A stretch of DNA of 64,000 bases. Source: Gammaproteobacteria bacterium. GTDB lineage: Bacteria > Pseudomonadota > Gammaproteobacteria > Steroidobacterales > JBCCMA01. Below, piece after piece: positions 50,602-61,200 of the stretch. The stretch spans positions 6,434 to 70,433 of the forward strand of contig JBGCEL010000004.1 of assembly GCA_045106455.1 (NCBI GenBank). Reading direction: 5' to 3'. The number at the start of each line of letters is the position of its first letter. The first letter of the stretch is position 1. Under the pieces are notes generated by a model. The model saw only the letters and a program-made list of their open reading frames with translations. It had not been told where the DNA came from and made no database searches. A program made the translations under genes and the position numbers.

Positions 50602-51051
50602 TCAGGGCATCGCGGCTATGCACTCAATCTCAACGCGAGCGTTCATCGCCAAACCGTTCACGCCCATGGCCGAACGCGCGGGCGGGTTTTTAAAGAACGT
50701 TTTATACACTTCGTTCATAGCACCCCACTCGTCCATGTCGGCCAGAAAGACGGTGCATTTCACCACGCGATCCATGCTGCTGCCCCAAGCCTCAACGCTC
50801 GCCTGAATGCTCTGCAGCGTGCGTCGCGTCTGCCCCTGAATGCCGCCTGGAGCGAGCTCGCGAGTACCCGGCAAATTGCCAATTTTTCCGGAGAGAAACA
50901 GCAGATCGCCCACGCGCACGGCATCCGAGAACGGCAGGTTCAGCGCTTTGGCCTCAGACGTACTTAAGTACTCCGGGTCCGCCGAAGGCACCGTCGTGGC
51001 GCAACCAGTGGCCATTGCGGCCAGCACAATCCAAACGATGCGGTGCTTCAT
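50602..51051 (-). CDS. RidA/YjgF (L-PSP) family protein with lipoprotein signal
   Basis: MKHRIVWIVLAAMATGC lipobox. The family core is LFLSGKIG...KCTVFLADMDEWGAMNEVY...PARSAMGVNGL...RVEIECIA. Confidence 0.8.
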   Translation of the reverse strand: MKHRIVWIVLAAMATGCATTVPSADPEYLSTSEAKALNLPFSDAVRVGDLLFLSGKIGNLPGTRELAPGGIQGQTRRTLQSIQASVEAWGSSMDRVVKCTVFLADMDEWGAMNEVYKTFFKNPPARSAMGVNGLAMNARVEIECIAAMP

Positions 51052-51062
51052 GAGCGATGTCC

Positions 51063-54000
51063 TTAGTCGAGAATATCCTCTGATCTTAACGTAACCACCA
51101 CCGAACGCACCTTGCCCTCACGCAGAAACAAATGATTGGACACATCCGCCGGTAGCTCAAGCGCGGTAAAATGTTGGCTTTTCCCGTCGGCCTCGAACAC
51201 CTCGACCCCAGCCGGCCCCGACGCATCAAGACGATAAATGATCAACACCTGACACCATGTGAAGGCCAGCGCCTGCGCCGGTACGCTGGCGGTTTTCCAG
51301 TCTTGGTCCACATTTAGATAGCGCAGCGAGCCGGCTTGCGTCGCAAACTCGCGGCGCCGCAAAAGACTCGGCTCGAATTTCACCTGTCCATTGGTCACCC
51401 GAATACCCAGCTCGGCAAACCGCGTCAGCACTTCTTCTTTGACCTGACCGGTCATACCCGGCTGCTGCGCGCCGGCGTGTTTTGGTGTGTGGGAATAGGG
51501 ATCGGTGGGAAACGCACCGTACTCGGCCGGCGTCTTGTTAAACCCGATGCCCTCACGCACGCGATAATAATGTTCTGCCAACTGCACACAAACGGCGTTG
51601 TCGCTACCCTGCTCGCGGGCCGCGAAATAATTTTCCTGAATCGCCAGCAACAGCTTTGACACCATGTGCCAGTAGATGCTGCCCAATCCCTCAAAACCAA
51701 ACATGCCACCCGAACGACCGGTAAACGCTTTGTGATTGAACACCTGTTCATACAAAGCCAACAATGGCTCGCGCGACGCAGACATCTGCGCCGCGTAGTG
51801 ATCACCAAGATCGGCCAGAGCCGCCTCCAGGGCATCGGCATTGGTCAGCGCGGCCGCAAAGCGCCAGGTGCCAACCGCATCGCGTTCAATGAGTCGGCGA
51901 TCATCATTCTCGATCATCGCGTTAAGCAGAGGATTAGCCAGCACGTCTTTCTCAGGCACGCGATTTTTCTGCAGCCAGTTCGGTAAATCTCGATCCGGGT
52001 ACAGCAAAAACGAACGCTGATCTGCGCGATAGAGCGCGCTGCCAAACAAGGTATTCAAAAGCGCCACCGCCTCGGCGGGCGCCACCGCCCCCGAACTCAG
52101 CGCGGCCACCTGACCTTCCAGCATCGGATACAAGGTATCCACCTCAGCCGTACCGTCGTTAAGCTCCAAAAGGTTGTAGGCCTGATACAAACCGTCTTCG
52201 CGTTTGCCGCTTACGATGCTGTGATCGATGACCATCAGAGCGTCATCGAGCAACGATCGCACGTCGCTCATCGCAATGTTGCGCGAGCCACTGAAACGTT
52301 CATTGGCGTACAGCGTGAGTCGATAGGCGCTCGCCGCACCGCCAAGTGCCTGCAACAGGGCCAGACGTCGCGTTGCGTCCAATGGCCCCTGGCCGAGATC
52401 GTCACGGACCGCGGCAAGCGCCGTCGCCGTACTCTCCAGCCATTCCACCACCTCTGCAGACAGCTCGACACTCTGTGTATCGCCGTCGATCAAGCTTGCC
52501 ATCCAGCGCACGTAGCGGCGCATGTAATAGAGCGTGACCATCGAAAGTCCCTGACCCACGAGCGCATTGTTCGCATCGTTCCATTCAGGTCGTTGTGTAT
52601 TGAGCCAAATGCCGCCGTCTACCACCAGGTTGCTGAGCTTGGCCAGCAGTGGCACCACGAGTTTTTCCAGCAGGTTGACCTGATACACGGCGCCGGCGCC
52701 GTCCTGGAGCAACTTGCCGTCGGCGCCCATGGCGGCCACACGTGCCTCGATGCGATCGGCTAAATCGTGGTCGTACTCGACCGTGCTTGCCGCGTCGTGC
52801 ACCAGATCGTCGAATGGCTTAATGCGATACGGCACGTTCGCGTAGCTGTACACGCGGTCTCTAAGACCGTGGGCGATGCGTCCCGGAAAAAATTGCTCGG
52901 ACAGTTCCAGCAGCTTGAGCAGATAAATAATTTGGTGATCGCCCCAGTAGCCAATGTAGCTCCACGGATCGTCGGGCTCTTCCACCTCCCAGTCGATTCC
53001 GTCGCTGGTAATGCGATAGGGGTTGTAACCATCCACCGTGGAGGCGTTCACAAATTTGGCGATGATGTTGTCAACAAAATCCGGGAACGAATACAGCAAT
53101 GCTTCCCAATTTTGAAAGATGTCGCGCCAGTTGCCCTGATAGGCCAAAAGACGACGCCCCTGATCATCGTTGAGTCGAATCGCAAACTGGTTCCACGGAC
53201 GACTGGGATCACCGTGCCGACGGCCAAAACGCAGCGGCAAGAATTCATGGCCAAGACGCGTAAGACCGGCATCGCCGATCTTTTCAATTCGCGTGCGCAT
53301 ATCGCTAACGCTCAACGACTCGGGCCACTGCGCAATAGCCGCACTGCAGCGGGCAGCCAGCGGCGCATTGAAACGCTGCAGGTGGCGCTCGAAGTGCTTT
53401 CGCGGCACGCGATAGTTTTCATCGAAAATACCACCACGCATCACGTTAAACAGCACGTTGGCATAGTGATGCGTTGAGACATTTTCTTCGGCCGTCCACT
53501 GCATGCCATCGCTCGCGCCCATAATCCGGGCCAGACCATCGCTGCCACGTTCTACAGAGGCCTGTAGCAACGCATCGATGTTCTCGCTGGTGTGCAGCTG
53601 CTCGCGCAATCTCACCACATCGGACTGGGTTTGCTCTGTGTTGGCGACCAGCGACCAGCGTTTGGGCTGGTTGGGTTCCAGAGTAAGCGTGGCAACCTGC
53701 AGATAGGACCCACGCACACCACGATTGTGTATCTCATCGATCAGCGTCTCGCCACGGCGAAAGGACGCGATTGGGTGGCTACTAAGAAGCGTGCGGGGGT
53801 TTGGCAGGCCCGTGCCAAACACTGTGGTCGCACGCAACGACTCGCACGGCTCCGCACGATCCGTAATCCCTGAGAACAGCGTGAACAATGCCAGCTGCGA
53901 GTCCGTCTCAAACTCGTTCCACTTATACGCATCCACCAGATTACTGGCCATCGCCTGCGTGCCGCGCGGCGTTCCCGCCGGGAGAATATTCTGGATGCCG

Positions 54001-54494
54001 TCGAGCACCTCTACGCGGCGCGCCGCCGAGCTCGTGCTGACCAGCTCTGCGCGACGCACAAAGCCGTACTCCTCGCAGGTACTCCATAAATAGCGAAACG
54101 TCAGCCCGAGAGTCTGATTAGTTTCCTCAAACAGCAGCTTATCGCCAAGGGTGTTTTTGTACAGGTTCCGCTGCACCTCGAAACGCCCGTCGTGTTCGCG
54201 ATTAAACGGCTCCCAAATAACCTCACCGTTTGCGCCCGCAACACGCAGCAGCGTTTTGCACCCGGTATGTAATGCACTGTCGTAAATCTGGTCGACCGCG
54301 GAGTACGGAAACAACGCCGTCTCGGGCGAGACGCGGCCCGCCGTAATGCCACCGTTGGAGGCGACAAACAGCCAGTGGTCGCTGTCCGACACCACGCTAA
54401 TAAAAAACGGCGCCATCTGATCGACGTTTTCAATCGCGTAGAAACGCTCGTCGCCAAGCGAAACGAAATGTCCCGTTACGCCGTGTTGATTCAT
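51063..54494 (-). CDS. large cytoplasmic conserved protein, possibly (alpha/alpha)6 glycoside phosphorylase/hydrolase-like
   Basis: Uninterrupted coding frame of 1143 aa from ATG 54494 (track start 54548). No signal peptide. RPEWNDANNALVG resembles the (D/E)WND catalytic-acid motif of GH94-clan phosphorylases. It sits among beta-glucanase genes. The functional call is low-confidence. Confidence 0.45.
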   Translation of the reverse strand: MNQHGVTGHFVSLGDERFYAIENVDQMAPFFISVVSDSDHWLFVASNGGITAGRVSPETALFPYSAVDQIYDSALHTGCKTLLRVAGANGEVIWEPFNREHDGRFEVQRNLYKNTLGDKLLFEETNQTLGLTFRYLWSTCEEYGFVRRAELVSTSSAARRVEVLDGIQNILPAGTPRGTQAMASNLVDAYKWNEFETDSQLALFTLFSGITDRAEPCESLRATTVFGTGLPNPRTLLSSHPIASFRRGETLIDEIHNRGVRGSYLQVATLTLEPNQPKRWSLVANTEQTQSDVVRLREQLHTSENIDALLQASVERGSDGLARIMGASDGMQWTAEENVSTHHYANVLFNVMRGGIFDENYRVPRKHFERHLQRFNAPLAARCSAAIAQWPESLSVSDMRTRIEKIGDAGLTRLGHEFLPLRFGRRHGDPSRPWNQFAIRLNDDQGRRLLAYQGNWRDIFQNWEALLYSFPDFVDNIIAKFVNASTVDGYNPYRITSDGIDWEVEEPDDPWSYIGYWGDHQIIYLLKLLELSEQFFPGRIAHGLRDRVYSYANVPYRIKPFDDLVHDAASTVEYDHDLADRIEARVAAMGADGKLLQDGAGAVYQVNLLEKLVVPLLAKLSNLVVDGGIWLNTQRPEWNDANNALVGQGLSMVTLYYMRRYVRWMASLIDGDTQSVELSAEVVEWLESTATALAAVRDDLGQGPLDATRRLALLQALGGAASAYRLTLYANERFSGSRNIAMSDVRSLLDDALMVIDHSIVSGKREDGLYQAYNLLELNDGTAEVDTLYPMLEGQVAALSSGAVAPAEAVALLNTLFGSALYRADQRSFLLYPDRDLPNWLQKNRVPEKDVLANPLLNAMIENDDRRLIERDAVGTWRFAAALTNADALEAALADLGDHYAAQMSASREPLLALYEQVFNHKAFTGRSGGMFGFEGLGSIYWHMVSKLLLAIQENYFAAREQGSDNAVCVQLAEHYYRVREGIGFNKTPAEYGAFPTDPYSHTPKHAGAQQPGMTGQVKEEVLTRFAELGIRVTNGQVKFEPSLLRRREFATQAGSLRYLNVDQDWKTASVPAQALAFTWCQVLIIYRLDASGPAGVEVFEADGKSQHFTALELPADVSNHLFLREGKVRSVVVTLRSEDILD

Positions 54495-55134
54495 GTTCGT
54501 GCTCAATGTACTGCTCCAGTCGCGGCGCCACCTAAGTTGCCACGACACGCTTCAAGTTGTGCCCGCACTGCGTGTGCGCGCTGGTCATTACTGGGAATTT
54601 ATCTGCGACATAAAAATGCGTTCACGATGATACTGACAAGCGTAAAAACGTGCTGACATTTCGCCAGGTTGAGGGCGGCCCTGTCGGCATTGTGATAAAT
54701 CTTGCAGAAGATCCGATGACAATTTTCTCACTGTGGCCTGCCCCCACTAAAACAATCACACTGTGCCCCGGGGGCGCCTATCGAAAACCATGGCGGCCAT
54801 CGCGCCGAAGCACCTTAATTAGACGTCTACGGCCGCGTGGCGAACGTGTATGGTTGGCGCTGACGCCGAACATGGGTTCGATCAGCGCATCCATACCGTG
54901 CAACAGCGCGGCGTCCCGACCAGCGCAACCATCAGGCTGGCACTCGGATTTAACACAATCAGCCTGCGGCCCGATGCGTGGGCCCGGAGACGACCCGCGA
55001 ATGCCTACTGGCGATCAATTATCATATGTTTCAATGACATCCAATTCATGGATGCACGAACAAGGCAGGCTTCCACGCACATTTTCATATGCCCTGTATC
55101 CCAATGGCTACAAAATTGATGCCCTATCGTCCGC

Positions 55135-55167
55135 ACAATTGACAGCGTTGTCAATTGTCGCTAAAAC
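55135..55167 (+). promoter_or_regulatory. candidate sigma-70 promoter overlapped by a 10-bp inverted repeat upstream of the giant GH16 gene
   Basis: ACAATTGACA-gcgt-TGTCAATTGT (55135-55158). The left arm contains a perfect -35 TTGACA (55139-55144). TAAAAC at 55162-55167 follows after a 17-nt spacer. It lies about 55-85 nt upstream of ATG 55221. Confidence 0.35.
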
Positions 55168-55220
55168 GTCAAAGTATTGACGCCGTCTGCCCATCATGAA
55201 AATTACTCGAGAGCTCAATC

Positions 55221-58200
55221 ATGTCCTCACAACCGATTCCTCGTTTAGCTCGCTTTGCCGCGCTCGCGCTCATTCTGACCGGCTTGGCCGGCTGTTTTGG
55301 CGACGGCGACGGACCCGAGCGCATCCCGGGCACCCCGCAGCCCATGGTCACCGGCCTGCTTATTGATGCGCCCATTAGTGGCGTGGCCTACCGCACCTCT
55401 GGCGGTGACGAAGGTACGACGAGCGCAGCCGGTGAGTTTCTGTACATCGAGGGCGAGTCGATTGCCTTTACGATCGGCGGCATCGAATTGGGTTCGGTGC
55501 CCGGCGCACCGATCATCACGCCGGTTGGCCTGACGCGCAGCAGCGACCCCAATGACACCTCGGCGGTTAATCAGTTGGTGTTCTTGCAAAGCCTGGACTC
55601 GGACGGGGACCCGAGCAACGGCATCACCATCGCCACCAGCGTAGCCAGCAGTGCCGACGGTCGTTCGCTTGATTTTGCCTCACCCACCTTCCGCGATGAC
55701 GCGATGGCGCTGCTTGGACAAATCGCGCCCGGCGCGATGTTGATCAGCAATGACGAAGCACTCAGCAACTTCTACGCAACGTATGCCGAAATGGGCGGCA
55801 TCGATACGTTTGGTTTTGCGTTTGCGGGCTTCCCGCCGGTTGGTGGCGATACCGGATTCGAACTTATTTTCTCGGACGAATTCAACACCGATGGGGCACC
55901 CGACGCGTCGAAATGGAACTTCGAGACCGGCTATGGCAGCAACAACAGCGGCTGGGGCAACAACGAGTGGCAGCTCTACACAACCGCCACCGACAACGTC
56001 CGCGTGGAAGACGGCAATCTGGTGATTCAGGCTCGTTGCGACACGCCGCCCTGCGGCGTCCGTGATGGCACCGTCACCTCGGCGCGACTCAATACCAAAG
56101 ACAAATTCGAATTCAAATTCGGCAAAGTGATCGCACGCATCAAACCACCCGTGGGTGAGGGATCGTGGCCGGCCTTCTGGTCTTTGGGCGCCAACTTCCC
56201 CGAAACGCCGTGGCCACGTGCCGGCGAGATCGATTTCATGGAAATGTTCCCGACCGTTTCCAACGATCGCACCACACACTTTACGATGCACTGGTGCGAC
56301 CAGACTATTCAGGCACCAGAAACCTGCAGTTTTCCGGAAGGCCGCGTGTTCGATTCACAAAGCCGCGAATTCCCACAAGCGCTGGGCGACGACTTCCACA
56401 TTTTTGAAGCCGACTGGAACGGTACTCAGATCACCGGAAAAATGGACGGCGTTGACGTGTTCTCGCGCAACATTGAAGCCGCCACCATGGAAGAATTTCT
56501 GCGTGAGTTCTTCCTGATCCTGAACGTCGCCATGGGCGGCACGCTCGGCAGCGACAACCAGCCACCGAGCGGCGACGAAGTGTGGCCGCAAACCATGCTG
56601 GTCGACTATGTGCGCGTGTTCCAACGCACCGGTGACGGTGTGATTGACGACACCACCATCGACTTTGAAGACGCGCCCGAAAGCTACGATTTTGGTATGG
56701 ACGGCGGCTTTGGCGGCGGTGCTGCACAGGTACTGGCCAACCCGGTCAGCGAAGGCATCAACACCAGCGCACAAGTGGGCCGCATGCTTAAATTCGCCGG
56801 CGAACCGTTTGCCGGTTCGAGCCTGACGCTGCCCACGCCATTGGAAATTCCAGGCGGCGGCACGTTCACCATGAAGGTGTGGTCGCCACGCGCTGTCAAC
56901 GTGCTATTGAAACTCGAAGGCGGCACCACCGAGCCCGAGATCAACATTCCCCACGGCGGTACGGGCTGGGAAGAACTCAGTTTTAGTTTCGACAACTTTA
57001 GCGGCTCGTTTAGCGCGCTGACGTTTATTTTCGATCTGGGTATTGTTGGCGATGCGACCAATGATCCGGACAACTGGACGTTCTACTTTGATGACATCGT
57101 CGTGCCCACCGGCAACGGCGGTGGCCCTGATCCCGATCCAGAAGAACCCGAAGCGTTCTTCTCCGACTTTGAAGATGCACCGGAATCTTACGACTTCGGT
57201 TTGGACGGTGGCTTCGGCGGCGGTGCCGCCCAGGTACTGGCCAACCCGGTACCCGGTGGCATCAACACCAGCGCGCAGGTCGGTCGCATGCTCAAATTTG
57301 CCGGCGAACCGTTTGCAGGCTCACTGCTGACGTTGCCCGCCCCGATTGATGTTGTGGCAGGCAGCTCGTTCAACATGAAAGTCTGGTCGCCGCGACCCGT
57401 ACGTGTGCTGTTCAAACTCGAAGGCGACACCGACGCCGAGGTGGAGGTGAACCACGGCGGTACCGGCTGGGAGCTGTTGAACTTCTCGTTCCCCAATTAC
57501 GCCAGCACGGTGCAGGGAATAACGCTGATTTTTGATCTGGGTACCATTGGTGACGCCACCGGCGATCCGGACAACTGGACGTTCTACTTCGACGACATCG
57601 AGCAGGTACCACCACAGCCGGTGATGCCGCCAAGCCTTGCGCAGATCGATCTGCCGATTACGTTTGACGATCCGATGGTCGACTACACGGTGGTGGACTT
57701 CGGTGGCGCGGTCACCACATTGGTCGTTGATCCGGAAGATGGCGACAACATGGTTGCCTCCACGCTCAAGCCTGCTGGCGCCGAAACGTTTGCGGGTACA
57801 ACGGCCAGCACCGTGGATGGTTTGGCCACGGCCATCCCCTTCTCGCCGACGCAAACGACCATCGGCATTCGCGTCTACTCACCCGACGCTGGCATTCCCG
57901 TGCGCATGAAAGTAGAAGACGCCGACGATGGTGACATCGCGGTGGAAGCCGAACTCTTGACCACCGTCGCCAACGAATGGGAAACGCTGGTGTTCGATTT
58001 CACCAACGTCGTCACGGGCCCCGCACTGGATCTGTCGCAGAGCTATCGCAAGATCAACGTGTTTTTCAACTTCAACACTGACGGCGATACGGCGGGTGCT
58101 AAAACCTACCTGTGGGACGACGTGGAGTTTGGCGTACCGGCACCGGTGGTCGATGACACGCCACCTACGCTGACCGCGGTAAGCATCGTCTCTGACAATG

Positions 58201-61200
58201 CCAACCCGCTGCTTGCTACGACCGGCAACACGCTCACGCTGTCGTTCACGGCGGACGAGCCAATCGAGACTCCCACCGTCATGATCGGCGGTATGGCCGC
58301 CGCCGTCAGCGGCGCGGCCACCACGTGGGAGGCCACTCGCGTGATTGACAGCGGCGACGCCGACGGTGCCGTCGCTGTGTCCATTGCGTTCGCCGATCTG
58401 GCCGACAACGTTGGCACAACGGTCACCGCCACCACCGACAACAGCAGTGTGACGGTGGACGCCACCGCGCCCACCGCGACCTTGAGCGGTGCGCCGGTCG
58501 ACTTCACCTCACTGGACGCCATTGCCCTGACGCTGACCTTCAGCGAAGCGGTTAGCGGCCTCGAGCTCGCTGACATCGTGGTCACCAACGGTGCGGCGAG
58601 TGCGCTGATGGCCGTTGATGCAACGACCTACACCGTCAACGTCACGCCCAGCGGCGCCGGCGACCTGATGGTGGCCGTGGCCGACGGCGCGGCCGTTGAT
58701 GCGGCCGGCAACGTCAGTAGCGCGGCCACGATGATCTCGGTCACGAACAATCTGGACGCGGATGCACCGCTGCTGACGGCCATTGCCATTGCCTCGAACA
58801 ACGCCAACCCGGCACTCGCGGTCACCGGCGACGTGGTCACGCTCACGATGACGGCCAACGAAGACATCGTCGCGCCCACCGTCGTGATTGGTGGCGCACC
58901 GGCCGATTTGATTACCGGCGCGGGCGCTACTTGGACGGCCACGCGGACCCTGCTGGCCACCGATACCGAAGGCCCGGTTGCGTTCCTGATCACGTTTGAA
59001 GATTTGGGCGGTAACATCGGTCAGGCGGCGAGTGTCACCACCGATGGCTCTGCCGTCGAATTCGACATTTCGGCACCGGCCGCGCAAATCACCGGCCTGC
59101 CCGCCACGATTCAGACGCTGGATGCGATTGCCGTCACCGTCACGTTTGATGAAGACGTGACCGGCTTTGAGGCCGGCGATCTTGCCGTGACCAACGGCGT
59201 GGCCGCTGACTTCACGGCGGTGGATGCCACCACCTACACCGCCAACGTGACACCGGATGGCATTGGTGCGCTAAGTATCACGGTGGCTGCGGATGTCGCC
59301 TTTGATGCGGCCGGCAACGGCAACAGCGCCGCCGCGGTCTCGGCTGATCTGGATCTGCAGCCGCTGTGGACACTCACCTGGTCCGACGACTTCGACGGCA
59401 GTGCGCTCAACGACGCCAACTGGACCGCGCGTACCGATGCGGATTGTCCGGCACCGTGCGCAGGCGTGCAGAGCTACACCGCGGATAACATTATCGTAGC
59501 GGCTGGTGCACTCACGATTGAAGGCCGCGAAGAAGCCGGATCGACCTACTCGTCAGCGCTGATCGACACGCGGGGCAAGCTCGAGCTCACCCACGGTCGT
59601 ATCGAGATCGACGCACGCATGCCGGGCACGCTCGGCACCCTGCCCTCGCTGTTCCTGCTGCCGGTCGACGATGCCTATGGACCGTGGCCGCAGTCGGGTG
59701 AAATCGATCTGGCCAACGCGCCGGACCTGGGCATTGGCAGCAACGCCACGCTTGAGCACACGCTGCAGTACGGCCTGCCGGTACCGGAAAACACCGTCAC
59801 GACGGGCACGTCCGAACCGGCCAACCCGGCATTGAGCAACACACTGACCTATGCCCTGGAGTGGGAAGCCGGCGAGATTCGCTGGTTTGTTGACGGCGTT
59901 CACGTGGCCACGCAAACCCAGGACAACTGGTATTCGTATGGTGAGGACGCCGACGGCGTGTACACGCTCGGCACCGATGCCGCACCGTTTGATCAAAACT
60001 TCTATCTGGCCATCGGCCTTGGCATTGCCGACACGGCTGGTGCCGGTTCAACCTTCCCGCAATCGCTGCAGATTGATGCGGTACGCGTATACGAATGCGC
60101 CAACGCCATCGATCCTGTCGCGGGCACGGGTTGCAGCACGGGCGATGCCGGCGTCATGCCGATCACCGCCCCAAGCGAACCCTACACCGAGTCGCTGGAT
60201 GTCTACGTGGATGCCCCGGCAACGTTGAGCTTTGTTGACGAAGCCGATCCGGGCACGCCGGTGATGCAAGCGCTGGCGGTCGCACCGGTCGAAACCGGTG
60301 GCGCCACGGTCAACACTAACAACACCGGTGCCATCGATGGTACGGATGTGGTGTGGAGCCTCGACATCAATGCCGCCGCGGGCAGCGCCGGGGTCACGGT
60401 CAGTGCTATGGACAACGGTCCAACCACCGGCTTTTTCGATCTGACCGGCGGTGAAACGGCCGGCGAGATTCTGTTCCGCATGCGCGTCGAGTCGGCCACC
60501 GCCGGCACGGACATCAGCGTGGGCTTCGATGGCGCCGCGGGCGCTGCGGGCCGTGATGCCCTCACCTTTACCGCCGACGGACAGTGGCAACAGTACTCGG
60601 TGAAAATTGCCGATGTGGTCACCGCCTCGGTGGGCGCCGGCACCACGCTCGATATGGCGAACCTCACGGCGTTGTTTGCGCTCAACGTCACGGGCGGCTC
60701 GGCGGTCTTTAGTTTGGACGACATCGAAGTGGTCGTCGCCTGCCGTGAGACCGGCACCTGCCAAGCTACGCCGCGGATTCCCAATGTGGTGGTGACCACG
60801 GTCTATGGTCCGCAGGACTTCGAATCGCTGGACATTATGGGCGCGGACATCGGCGACGGCTGGCGCTACTTCATTAATGTGTTTGAAGGCCCCAGCTACC
60901 TGTTTGGCTACGGCAATCCGGCTCCGAACGGACCGCAAATCTCGGCCATCGCGACCGGCGAAGGCGGCGCTGAACAAGGTCTGCAACAGTTCTCGGTCTA
61001 CAGCGACTATGAGTGCTGTCCGGGCGGCGGGCCTGGCGGCACGCCATCTGGCCATCAAAGCGCCAACGGCTTGGTGGAAACCAACGTCTTCATCGAAGCG
61101 CGCGGCGTCGGTGGATCATCGATTTCGGCGGACGACGTGGGTGACACGTGGACGTTTACGTTCGATGCGAAACGCGGCAATCTGGGCGGCGCATCGCGCG

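Noticed and set aside
54650-55180. 176-aa ORF in the long intergenic region before the giant GH16 gene
   Set aside because: No SD, a non-protein-like composition and no recognisable motif. It is treated as non-coding leader/promoter DNA.
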